Shown piece after piece: positions 32,199 through 47,500 of a stretch of DNA of 64,000 nt; the stretch's first letter is position 1; each line of letters begins with the position of its first letter. Position numbers and translations under genes: made by a program. The notes under the pieces are model-generated. The model searched no databases. It saw only the letters and a list, made by a program, of their open reading frames with translations, and had not been told where the DNA came from. Source of the stretch: Bugula neritina (taxonomy: Eukaryota; Animalia; Bryozoa); contig CAXIUT010000183.1 in the NCBI GenBank assembly GCA_964035545.1, forward strand, positions 62,001 to 126,000, read 5' to 3'.

Positions 32199-34275
32199 TA
32201 ACACATTGAAAAATACTGCAACACACTGAAACATACTGCGACACATTGCAATATACTGTAACATACTGAAACATACTGTAGCACACTGAAATAGACTGCA
32301 GCTCACTGAAATATACTGCATTATACTGAAATTCACTGCAGCATCCTACAACATGCTGAAATACACTGTAACATATTGAAATACGCTGCAACACTTTGAA
32401 ATATACTGCAACATACCGAAATATATGGTAAACTACTAAAATATACTGTAACACTCTGAAAAATAGTGCAACATACTGAAAAATACTGCGACACTTTGCA
32501 ATGTACTGCAACATACTGAAATATACTGTAACACACTGAAATATACTGCAACATACTGAAATACACTGTAACATACTGAAATAAACTGCAACATACCAAA
32601 ATATATGGTAAACTACTGAAATATACTTTAACACATTGAAAAATACTGCAACATACTAAAGTATACTGTAACACACTGCAAGATACTGCAACATACCGAA
32701 ATACACTGTAACATACTGAAACACACTGCAACATACTGCATTATACTGACATACACTGGAACATATTGAAATACACTGCAACATCCTACAACATGCTGAA
32801 ATACACTGTAACATATTGAAATACACTGCAACACAATGAAATATACTGCAACATACCAAAATAAATGGTAAACTACTGAAATATACTTTAACACATTGAA
32901 AAATACTGCAACATACTGAAATATACTGTAACACACTGAAATATACTGCAACATACTGAAATACACTGTAACATACTGAAATAAACTGCAACATACTGAA
33001 ATACACTACAACATCCTACACCATACTGAATTACACTGTAACATATTGAAATACACTGCAACACATTGAAAAATACTGCAACATACCGAAATATATGGTA
33101 AACTATTGAATTATACTGTAACACATTGAAAAATAGTGAAACACACTGAAATATACTCTGACACAATGCAATATACTGTAACATACTGAAATATGCTGTA
33201 GCACACTGAAATACACTGCGACTCACTGAAATATACTGCAACATACTGAAAAACACTGTAACATATTGAAACATACTGCAACATACTGCAACATACTGAA
33301 ATACACTGTAACATACTGAAATAAATTGCAAAATACTACAACATATTGAAATACACTGCAACACATTGAAATATACTGCAACATACCTAAATATCCGGTA
33401 ATATACTGAAATATACTGTAACACATTGAAAAATGCTGCAACATACTGAAATACACTGCAACCCACTGAAATACATCGCAAAAGACTACAACATACTGAA
33501 ATACACTGTAACATATTGAAATACACTCCAACAAATTGAAATATACTGCAACCTATAGAAATATATGGTAAACTACTGAAATATACTGTAACACAATGAA
33601 AAATACTGCAACATATTGAAACATAGTGCGACACATTGCAATATACTGTAACATACTGAAACATGCTGTAGCACACTGAAATAGACTGCAGCTCACTGAA
33701 ATATACTGCAACATACTGAAATACACTGCAACATCCTACAACATGCTGAAATACACTGTAACATGTTGAAATACACTGCAACACAATGAAATATACTGCA
33801 ACATACCAAAATGTATGGTAAACTACTGAAATATACTTTAACACATTGAAAAATACTGCAACATACTGAAATATACTGTAACACACTGAAATATACTGCA
33901 ACATACTGAAATACACTGTAACATACTGAAATAAACTGCAACATACTGAAATACACTGCAACATCCTACAACATACTGAATTACACTGTAACATATTGAA
34001 ATACACTGCAACACATTGAAAAATACTGCAACATACCGAAATATATGGTAAACTATTGAATTATACTGTAACACATTGAAAAATACTGAAACACACTGAA
34101 ATATACTCTGACACAATGCAATATACTGTAACATACTGAAATATGCAGTAGCACACTGAAATACACTGCGACTCACTGAAATATACTGCAACATACTGAA
34201 AAACACTGTAACATATTGAAACATACTGCAACATACTGCAACATACTGAAATACACTGTAACATACTGAAATACA
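32199..34275 (+). repeat. Core block C, copy 7, truncated and fused to X-type sequence (959 bp missing relative to the C5-X junction)
   Basis: Offset to the previous unit changes from 10492 to 9533 (219-aa marker 24804 to 34337) at about 34223-34275. Confidence 0.85.
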
Positions 34276-34612
34276 CTGCAACAAACTACAGCATATTGAA
34301 ATACACTGCAACACATTTAAATATACTGCAACATACCTAAATATACGGTAATATACCGAAAAAAAAACTGTAACAGATTGAAAAATTCTGCAACATACTG
34401 AAATAAACTGCAACACACTGAAATACAGGGCAAAATACTACAACATACTGAAATACACTGTAACATATTGAAATACACTGCAACACTTTGAAATATACTG
34501 CAACATACCGAAATATATGGTAAACTACTAGAATATACTGTAACACTTTGAAAAATAGTGCAACACACTGAAATATACTCTGACACATTGCAATATACTG
34601 TAACATACTGAA

Positions 34613-37250
34613 ATATGCTGTAACACACTGAAACACACTGCAACTCACTGAAATATACTGAAATATACTGCGACACATTGCAATATACCGTAACATACTG
34701 AAGTATGCTGTAGCAGACTGAACTACACTGCAACTCACTGAAATACACTGCAACATACTGAAATAAACTGTAACATATTGAAACATACCGCAACATACTG
34801 CAACATACTGAAATACACTGTAACATACTGAACTACACTGCAAAATACTACAACATATTGAAATACACTGCAACACATTGAAATATACTGCAACATACCT
34901 AAATATACGGTAATATACCGCAAAATACTGTAACACATTGAAAAATACTGTAACATACTGAAATATACTGCGACACATTGCAATATACTGTAACATCCTG
35001 AAACATGCTGTAGCACACTAAAATAGACTGCAGCTCACTGAAATATACTGCAACATACTGAAATTCACTGCAGCATCCTACAACATGCTGAAATACACTG
35101 TAACATATTGAATTACACCGCAACACATTCAAATATACTGCAATATACCGAAATATATGGTAAACTACTGAAATATACGGTAACACATTGAAAAATACTG
35201 CAAGATACTGAAATAAACTGCGACACATTGCAATATACTGTAACATACTGAGATATGCTGTAACACACTGAAACACACTGCAACTCACTGAAATATACTG
35301 AAATATACTGCGACACATTGCAATATACCGTAACATACTGAAGTATGCTGTAGCAGACTGAACTACACTGCAACTCACTGAAATACACTGCAACATACTG
35401 AAATAAACTGTAACATATTGAAACATACCGCAACATACTGCAACATACTGAAATACACTGTAACATACTGAACTACACTGCAAAATACTACAACATATTG
35501 AAATACACTGCAACACATTGAAATATACTGCAACAGACCTAAATATACGGTAATATACCGCAAAATACAGTAACACATTGAAAAATACTGTAACATACTG
35601 AAATATACTGCGACACATTGCAATATACTGTAACATCCTGAAACATGCTGTAGCACACTAAAATAGACTGCAGCTCACTGAAATATACTGCAACATACTG
35701 AAATTCACTGCAGCATCCTACAACATGCTGAAATACACTGTAACATAATAAATTACACTGCAACACATTCAAATATACTGCAATATACCGAAATATATGG
35801 TAAACTACTGAAACCTACTGTAACACATTGAAAAATACTGCAAGATACTGAAATATACTGCGACACAATGCAATATACTGTAACATACTGAGATATGCTG
35901 TAGCACACTGAAATACACTGCAACTCACTGAAATGTACTGCAACATACTGAAATACACCGTAACATTCTACAACATACTGAAATACACAGTATTATGATG
36001 AAATACACTGTAACATACTGAAATTCACTGCAAAATACTACAACATATTGAAATACAATGCAACACATTGAAATATACTGCAACATACCTAAATATACGG
36101 TAATATACCGCAAAATACTGTAACACATTGAAAAATACTGTAACATACTGAAATATACTGCGACACATTGCAATATACTGTAACATCCTGAAACATGCTG
36201 TAGCACACTAAAATAGACTGCAGCTCACTGAAATATACTGCAACATACTGAAATTCACTGCAGCATCCTACAACATGCTGAAATACACTGTAACATATTG
36301 AATTACACCGCAACACATTCAAATATACTGCAATATACCGAAATATATGGTAAACTACTGAAATATACGGTAACACATTGAAAAATACTGCAAGATACTG
36401 AAATAAACTGCGACACATTGCAATATACTGTAACATACTGAGATATGCTGTAACACACTGAAACACACTGCAACTCACTGAAATATACTGAAATATACTG
36501 CGACACATTGCAATATACCGTAACATACTGAAGTATGCTGTAGCAGACTGAACTACACTGCAACTCACTGAAATACACTGCAACATACTGAAATAAACTG
36601 TAACATATTGAAACATACCGCAACATACTGCAACATACTGAAATACACTGTAACATACTGAACTACACTGCAAAATACTACAACATATTGAAATACACTG
36701 CAACACATTGAAATATACTGCAACATACCTAAATATACGGTAATATACCGCAAAATACAGTAACACATTGAAAAATACTGTAACATACTGAAATATACTG
36801 CGACACATTGCAATATACTGTAACATCCTGAAACATGCTGTAGCACACTAAAATAGACTGCAGCTCACTGAAATATACTGCAACATACTGAAATTCACTG
36901 CAGCATCCTACAACATGCTGAAATACACTGTAACATATTGAATTACACTGCAACACATTCAAATATACTGCAATATACCGAAATATATGGTAAACTACTG
37001 AAACCTACTGTAACACATTGAAAAATACTGCAAGATACTGAAATATACTGCGACACAATGCAATATACTGTAACATACTGAGATATGCTGTAGCACACTG
37101 AAATACACTGCAACTCACTGAAATGTACTGCAACATACTGAAATACACTGTAACATTCTACAACATACTGAAATACACAGTATTATGATGAAATACACTG
37201 TAACATACTGAAATTCACTGCAAAATACTACAACATATTGAAATACACTG
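34613..37250 (+). repeat. Nested local tandem duplications in X-type sequence: a 640-bp duplication overlapped by a 1,190-bp duplication
   Basis: The word aagtatgctgtagcagactgaac occurs at 34701, 35341 and 36531 (640, 1190). ORF markers pair as 34899/36089, 35113/36303 and 35925/37115 (all 1190). Confidence 0.88.
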
Positions 37251-38009
37251 CAACACATTGAACTATACTGCAACATACCTAAATATACGGAAATATACTG
37301 AAATATACTGTAACACACTGAAATATACTGCAACATACTGAAATATACTGCAAGATACTGCAACATACCGAAATACACTGGGACATACTGAAACACACTG
37401 CAACATACTGCATTATACTGACATACACTGGAACATATTGAAATACACTGCAACATCCTACAACATGCTGAAATACTCTGTAACATATTGAAATACACTG
37501 CAACACATTGAAATATACTGCCACATACCGAAATATATGGTGAACTACTGAAATATACTGTGACACATTGAAAAATACTGCAACATACTGAAATACACTG
37601 TAACATACTGAAATAAACTGCAACATACTGAAATACACTGCAACACACTGAAATACTTCGCAAAATACTACAACTTACTGAAATACACTGTAACATATTG
37701 AAACACACTGCAACACATTGAAATATACTGCAATGTACCGAAATATATGGTAAACTACTGAAATATACGGTAACACATTGAAAAATACTGCAAGATACTG
37801 AAATAAACTGCGACACATTGCAATATACTGTAACATACTGAAATATGCTGTAGCACACTGAGATACACTGCAACTCACTGAAATATACTGCAACATATTG
37901 AAATACACTGCAAGATCCTATAACATGCTGAAATACACTGTAACATATTGAAATAAAGTGCAGCACATTGAACTATACTGCGACATACCGAAATATATGG
38001 TAAACTAGT

Positions 38010-41000
38010 GAAATATACTTCAACACATTGAAAAATACTGCAACATACTGAAATATACTGTAACACACTGAAATATACTGCAACATACTGAAATACACTG
38101 TAACATACTGAAATAAACTGCAACATACTGAAATACACTGCTACATACTGAAATATACTGCAACATACTGCAACATGCTGAAATACACTGTAAAATACTG
38201 AAATACACTGCAACACATTGAAATATACTCCAATATACCTAAATATACGGTAATATACCGAAAACACTGTAACGCATTGAAAAATTCTGCAACATACTGA
38301 AATAAACTGCAACACACGAAATACAGCGCAAAATACTACAACATACTGAAATACACTGTAACATATTGAAATACACTGCAACACTTTGAAATATACTGCA
38401 ACATACCGAAATATATGGTAAACTACTAAAGTATACTGTAACACTTTGAAAAATAGTGCAACACACTGAAATTTACTCTGACACATTGCAATATACTGTA
38501 ACATACTGAAATATGCTGTAGCACACTGAAATACACTGCAACTCACTGAAATATACTGCAACATACTGAAATACACTGTAACATATTGAAACATACTGCA
38601 ACATACTGCAACATACTGAAATACACTGTAACATACTGAAATACATTGCAAAATACTACAACATATTGAAATACACTGTAACACATCGAAATATACTACA
38701 ACATACCTAAATATCCGGTAATATACTGAAATATACTGTAACAGATTGAAAAACACTGCAACATACTGAAATACACTGCAACCCACTGAAATACATCGCA
38801 AAATACTACAACATACTGAAATACACTGTAACATATTGAAATACACTGCAACACATTGAAATATACTGCAACCTACAGAAATATTTGGAAAACTACTGAA
38901 ATATACTGTAACACATTGAAAAAAACCGCAACATACTGAAATATACTGCGACACATTGCAATATACTGTAACATACTGAAACATACTGTAGGACACTGAA
39001 ATAGACTGCAGCTCACTGAAACATACTGCATTATACTGAAATCCACTGCAGCATCCTACAACATGCTGAAATACACTGTAACATATTGAAATACACTGCA
39101 ACAAACTACAACATATTGAAATACACTGCAACACATTGAAAGACACTGCAAGACATTGAAATATACTGCAACATACCAAAATATATGGTGAACTGCTGAA
39201 ATATACTTTAACACATTGAAAAATACTGCAACATACTGAATTATACTGTAACACACTGAAATATACTGCAACATACTGAAATACACTGCTAGATACTGAA
39301 ATATACTGCAACATACTGCAACATTCTGAAATACACTGTAACATACTGAAATACACTGCAACAAACTACAACATATTGAAATACACTGCAACACAATGAA
39401 ATATACTGCAACATACCAAAATATATGGTAAACTACTGAAATATACTTTAACACATTGAAAAATACTGCAACATACTGAAATATACTGTAACACACTGAA
39501 ATATACTGCAACATACTGAAATACACTGTAACATACTGAAATAAACTGCAACATACTGAAATACACTGCAACATCCTACAACATACTGAATTAGACTGTA
39601 ACATATTGAAATACACTGCAACACATTGAAAAATACTGCAACATACCGAAATATATGGTAAACTATTGAATTATACTGTAACACATTGAAAAATACTGAA
39701 ACACACTGAAATATACTCTGACACAATGCAATATACTGTAACATACTGAAATATGCAGTAGCACACTGAAATACACTGCGACTCACTGAAATATACTGCA
39801 ACATACTGAAAAACACTGTAACATATTGAAACATACTGCAACATACTGCAACATACTGAAATACACTGTAACATACTGAAATACATTGCAAAATACTACA
39901 ACATATTGAAATACACTGCAACACATTGAAATATACTGCAACATACCTAAATATCCGGTAATATACTGAAATATACTGTAACACATTGAAAAATACTGCA
40001 ACATACTGAAATACACTGCAACCCACTGAAATACATCGCAAAAGACTACAACATACTGAAATACACTGTAACATATTGAAATACACTGCAACACATTGAA
40101 ATATACCGCACCTCACTGAAATATACTGCAACATACTGAAATACACTGCAACATCCTACAACATACTGAAATACACTGCAGCATATTGAAAGACACTGCT
40201 AGATAATGAAATATACTGCAACATACCAAAATACATGGTAAACTACTGAAATATATTTTAACACATTGAAAAATACTGCAACATACTGAAATATACTGTA
40301 ACACACTGAAATATACTGCAACATACTGAAATACACTGCTACATACTGAAATATACTGCAACATACTGCAACATACTGAAATACACTGTAACATATTGAA
40401 TACACTGCAACAAACTACAACATATTGAAATACACTGCAACACATTGAAATATACTGCAACATACCTAAATATACGGTAATATAGCGGAAAAAAACTGTA
40501 ACAGATTGAAAAATTCTGCAACATACTGAAATATACTGCGACACATTGCAATATACTGTAACATACCGAAATATGCTCTAGCACACTGAAATACACTGCA
40601 ACCCACTGAAATATACTGCAACATACTGAAATACACTGCAACACATTGAAATACACTGCAACATACCAAAATAAATGGTAAATTACTGAAATATACTTAA
40701 ACACATTGAAAAATACTGCAACATACTGAAATATACTGTAACACACTGAAATATACTGCAACATCCTACAACATGCTAAAATACACTGTAACATATTGAA
40801 ATACACTACAACACATTGAAATATACTGCAACATACCGGAATATATGGTAAACTACTGAAATATACTGTAACACACTGAAAAATACCGCAACATACTGAA
40901 ATATACTGCGACACATTGCAATATACTGCAACATACCAAAATATATGGTAAACTACTGAAATATACTTTAACACATTGAAAAATACTGCAACATACTAAA

Positions 41001-41562
41001 ATATACTGTAACACACTGCAAGATACTGCAACATACCGAAATACACTGTAACATACTGAAACACACTGCAACATACTGCATTATACTGACATACACTGGA
41101 ACATATTGAAATACACTGCAACATCCTACAACATGCTGGAATACACTGTAACATATTGAAATACACTGCAACACAATGAAATATACTGCAACATACCAAA
41201 ATATATGGTAAACTACTGAAATATACTTTAACACATTGAAAAATACAGCAACATACTGAAATATACTGTAACACACTGAAATGTACTGCAACATACTGAA
41301 ATACACTGTAACATACTGAAATAAACTGCAACATACTGAAATACACTGCAACATCCTACAACATACTGAATTACGCTGTAACATATTAAAATACACTGCA
41401 ACATATTGAAAAATACTGCAACATACCGAAATATATGGTAAACTATTGAGTTATACTGTAACACATTGAAAAATACTGAAACACACTGAAATATACTCTG
41501 ACACAATGCAATATGCTGTAACATACTGAAATATGCTGTAGCACACTGAAATACACTGCAAC
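38010..41562 (+). repeat. Diverged mosaic zone of the same satellite without a near-identical multi-kb partner in the window
   Basis: Patchwork of X-, Y- and C-like pieces with private variants (atttggaaaac, ctgtaggacac, ttagactgta, cacacgaaat). Confidence 0.7.
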
Positions 41563-44500
41563 TCACTGAAATACACTGCAACCCACTGAAATACATCGCA
41601 AAAGACTACAACATACTGAAATACACTGTAACCTATTGAAATACACTGCAACACATTGAAATGTACTGCAACCTATAGAAATATATGGTAAACTACTGAA
41701 ATATACTGTAACACATTGAAAAATACTGCAACATACTGAAACATACTGCGACACATTGCATTATACTGTAACATACTGAAACACGCTGTAGCACACTGAA
41801 ATAGACTGCAGCTCACTGAAATATACTGCAACATACTGAAATACACTGCTACATACTGAAATATACTGCAACATACTGCAACATACTGAAATACACTGTA
41901 ACATACTGAAATACACTGCAACAAACTACAACATATTGAAACACACTGCAACACATTGAAATAAACTGCAACATACCTAAATATACGGTAATATACCGAA
42001 AAAAAAACTGTAACAGATTGAAAAATTCTGCAACATACTGAAATAAACTGCAACACACTGAAATACAGCGCAAAATACTACAACATAGTGAAATACACTG
42101 TAACATATTGAAATACACTGCAACACTTTGAAATATACTGCAACATACCGAAATATATGGTAAACTACTAGAATATACTGTAACACTTTGAAAATTAGTG
42201 CAACACACTGAAATATACTCTGACACATTGCAATATACTGTAACATACTGAAATATGCTGTAGCACACTGAAATACACTGCAACTCACTTAAATATACTG
42301 CAACATACTGAAATACACTGTAACATATTGAAACATACTGCAACATACTGCAACATACTGAAATACACTGTAACATACTGAAATACATTGCAAAATACTA
42401 CAACATATTGAAATACACTGTAACACATTGAAATATACTACAACATACCTAAATATCCGGTAATATACTGAAATATACTGTAACACATTGAAAAATACTG
42501 CAACATACTGAAATACACTGCAACCCACTGAAATACATCGCAAAATACTACAACATACTGAAATCCACTGTAACAAATTGAAATACACTGCAACACATTG
42601 AAATATACTGCAACCTACAGAAATATATGGTAAACTACTGAAATATACTTTAACACATTGAAAAATACAGCAACATACTGAAATATACTGTAACACACTG
42701 AAATAAACTGCAACATACTGAAATACACTGTAACATACTGAAATAAACTGCAACATACTGAAATACACTGCAACATCCTACAACATACTGAATTACACTG
42801 TAACATATTAAAATACACTGCAACACATTGAAAAATACTGCAACATACCGAAATATATGGTAAACTATTGAGTTATACTGTAACACATTGAAAAATACTG
42901 GAACACACTGAAATATACTCTGACACAATGCAATATACTGTAACATACTGAAATATGCTGTAGCACACTGAAATACACTGCAACTCACTGAAATATACTG
43001 CAACATACTGAAAAACACTGTAACATATTGAAACATACTGCAACATACTGCAACATACTGAAATACACTGTAACATACTGAAATACATTGCAAAATACTA
43101 CAACATATTGAAATACACTGCAACACATTAAAATATACTGCAACATACCTAAATATCCGGTAATATACTGAAATATACTGTAACACATTGAAAAATACTG
43201 CAACATACTGAAATACACTGCAACCCACTGAAATACATCGCAAAAGACTACAACATACTGAAATACACTGTAACCTATTGAAATACACTGCAACACATTG
43301 AAATATACTGCAACCTATAGAAATATATGGTAAACTACTGAAATATACTGTAACACATTGAAAAATACTGCAACATACTGAAACATACTGCGACACATTG
43401 CATTATACTGTAACATACTGAAACACGCTGTAGCACACTGAAATAGACTGCAGCTCACTGAAATATACTGCAACATACTGAAATACACTGCTACATACTG
43501 AAATATACTGCAACACACTGCAACATACTGAAATACACTGTAACATACTGAAATACACTGCAACAAACTACAACATATTGAAACACACTGCAACACATTG
43601 AAATATACTGCAACATACCTAAATATACGGTAATATACCGAAAAAAAAACTGTAACAGATTGAAAAATTCTGCAACATACTGAAATAAACTGCAACACAC
43701 TGAAATACAGCGCAAAATACTACAACATAGTGAAATACACTGTAACATATTGAAATACACTGCAACACTTTGAAATATACTGCAACATACCGAAATATAT
43801 GGTAAACTACTAGAATATACTGTAACACTTTGAAAAATAGTGCAACACACTGAAATATACTCTGACACATTGCAATATACTGTAACATACTGAAATATGC
43901 TGTAGCACACTGAAATACACTGCAACTCACTGAAATATACTGCAACATACTGAAATACACTGTAACATATTGAAACATACTGCAACATACTGCAACATAC
44001 TGAAATACACTGTAACATACTGAAATACATTGCAAAATACTACAACATATTGAAATACACTGTAACACATTGAAATATACTACAACATACCTAAATATAC
44101 GGTAATATACTGAAATATACTGTAACACATTGAAAAATACTGCAACATACTGAAATACACTGCAACCCACTGAAATACATCGCAAAATACTACAACATAC
44201 TGAAATCCACTGTAACAAATTGAAATACACTGCAACACATTGAAATATACTGCAACCTACAGAAATATATGGTAAACTACTGAAATATACTGTAACACAT
44301 TGAAAAATACTGCAACATACTGAAATATACTGCGACACATTGCAATATACTGTAACATACTGAAACATAGTGCAGCACACCGAAATAGACTGCAGCTCAC
44401 TGAAATATACTGCATTATACTGAAATTCACTGCAGCATCCTACAACATGCTGAAATACACTGTAACATATTGAAGTACACTGCAACAAACTACAACATAT

Positions 44501-47500
44501 TGAAATACACTGCAACGCATTGAAAAACACTGCAACACATTGAAATATACTGCAACATACCAAAATATATGGTAAAATGCTGAAATATACTTTAACACAC
44601 TGAAAAATACCGCAACATACTGAAATATACTGTGACACACTGCAATATACTGCAACATACTGAAATACACTGCTAGATACTGAAATATACAGCAACATAC
44701 TGCAACATTCTGAAATACACTGTAACATACTGAAATACACTGCAACAAACTACAACATATTGAAATACACTGCAACACATTGAAATATACTGCAAAGTAC
44801 CTAAATATACGGTAATATACCGAAAAAAAAACTGTAACAGATTGAAAAATTCTGCAACATACTGAAATAAACTGTAACACACTGAAATACACCGCAAAAT
44901 ACTACAACATACTGAAATACACTGTAACATATTGAAATACGCTGCAACACTTTGAAATATACTGCAACATACCGAAATATATGGTAAACTACTAAAATAT
45001 ACTGTAACACTCTGAAAAATAGTGCAACATACTGAAATATACTGCGACACTTTGCAATGTACTGTAACATACTGAAATATACTGTAACACACTGAAATAT
45101 ACTGCAACATACTGAAATACACTGTAACATACTGAAATAAACTGCAACATACCAAAATATATGGTAAACTACTGAAATATACTTTAACACATTGAAAAAT
45201 ACAGCAACATACTAAAGTATACTGTAACACACTGCAAGATACTGCAACATACCGAAATACACTGTAACATACTGAAACACACTGCAACATACTGCATTAT
45301 ACTGACATACACTGGAACATATTGAAATACACTGCAACACATTGAAATATACTGCAACATACCTAAATATACGGTATTATACTGAAATATACTGTAACAC
45401 ATTGAAAAATACTGCAACATACTGAAACATACTGCGACACATTGCATTATACTGTAACATACTGAAACACGCTGTAGCACACTGAAATAGACTGCAGCTC
45501 ACTGAAATATACTGCAACATACTGAAATACACTGCTACATACTGAAATATACTGCAACACACTGCAACATACTGAAATACACTGTAACATACTGAAATAC
45601 ACTGCAACAAACTACAACATATTGAAACACACTGCAACACATTGAAATATACTGCAACATACCTAAATATACGGTAATATACCGAAAAAAAAACTGTAAC
45701 AGATTGAAAAATTCTGCAACATACTGAAATAAACTGCAACACACTGAAATACAGCGCAAAATACTACAACATAGTGAAATACACTGTAACATATTGAAAT
45801 ACACTGCAACACTTTGAAATATACTGCAACATACCGAAATATATGGTAAACTACTAGAATATACTGTAACACTTTGAAAAATAGTGCAACACACTGAAAT
45901 ATACTCTGACACATTGCAATATACTGTAACATACTGAAATATGCTGTAGCACACTGAAATACACTGCAACTCACTGAAATATACTGCAACATACTGAAAT
46001 ACACTGTAACATATTGAAACATACTGCAACATACTGCAACATACTGAAATACACTGTAACATACTGAAATACATTGCAAAATACTACAACATATTGAAAT
46101 ACACTGCAACACATTGAAATATACTGCAACATACCTAAATATCCGGTAATATACTGAAATATACTGTAACACATTGAAAAATACTGCAACATACTGAAAT
46201 ACACTGCAACCCACTGAAATACATCGCAAAAGACTACAACATACTGAAATACACTGTAACCTATTGAAATACACTGCAACACATTGAAATGTACTGCAAC
46301 CTATAGAAATATATGGTAAACTACTGAAATATACTGTAACACATTGAAAAATACTGCAACATACTGAAACATACTGCGACACATTGCATTATACTGTAAC
46401 ATACTGAAACACGCTGTAGCACACTGAAATAGACTGCAGCTCACTGAAATATACTGCAACATACTGAAATACACTGCTACATACTGAAATATACTGCAAC
46501 ATACTGCAACATACTGAAATACACTGTAACATACTGAAATACACTGCAACAAACTACAACATATTGAAACACACTGCAACACATTGAAATAAACTGCAAC
46601 ATACCTAAATATACGGTAATATACCGAAAAAAAAACTGTAACAGATTGAAAAATTCTGCAACATACTGAAATAAACTGCAACACACTGAAATACAGCGCA
46701 AAATACTACAACATAGTGAAATACACTGTAACATATTGAAATACACTGCAACACTTTGAAATATACTGCAACATACCGAAATATATGGTAAACTACTAGA
46801 ATATACTGTAACACTTTGAAAATTAGTGCAACACACTGAAATATACTCTGACACATTGCAATATACTGTAACATACTGAAATATGCTGTAGCACACTGAA
46901 ATACACTGCAACTCACTTAAATATACTGCAACATACTGAAATACACTGTAACATATTGAAACATACTGCAACATACTGCAACATACTGAAATACACTGTA
47001 ACATACTGAAATACATTGCAAAATACTACAACATATTGAAATACACTGTAACACATTGAAATATACTACAACATACCTAAATATCCGGTAATATACTGAA
47101 ATATACTGTAACACATTGAAAAATACTGCAACATACTGAAATACACTGCAACCCACTGAAATACATCGCAAAATACTACAACATACTGAAATCCACTGTA
47201 ACAAATTGAAATACACTGCAACACATTGAAATATACTGCAACCTACAGAAATATATGGTAAACTACTGAAATATACTTTAACACATTGAAAAATACAGCA
47301 ACATACTGAAATATACTGTAACACACTGAAATATACTGCAACATACTGAAATACACTGTAACATACTGAAATAAACTGCAACATACTGAAATACACTGCA
47401 ACATCCTACAACATACTGAATTACACTGTAACATATTAAAATACACTGCAACACATTGAAAAATACTGCAACATACCGAAATATATGGTAAACTATTGAG

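Larger units (their letters stand above)
1..34275 (+). repeat. Homogeneous higher-order repeat domain with order X(partial)-C-X-C-Y-C-X'-C-Y-C-X-C-Y-C(truncated); C about 2,736 bp, X about 3,517 bp, Y about 1,503 bp, X' about 1,675 bp
   Basis: The essentially identical 372-aa ORF marker recurs at 3254, 9507, 13746, 18157, 22396, 28649 and 32888 (spacings 6253, 4239, 4411, 4239, 6253, 4239). After the core end (actgaataca) the sequence continues either ttgcaatata (X) or ctgcaacaaac (Y). Confidence 0.93.

Noticed and set aside
1-34275. Multi-kb repeats as a pure assembly artefact
   Set aside because: Copies carry private and shared SNPs and distinct deletions consistent with a duplication history. 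This is not fully excluded without reads.
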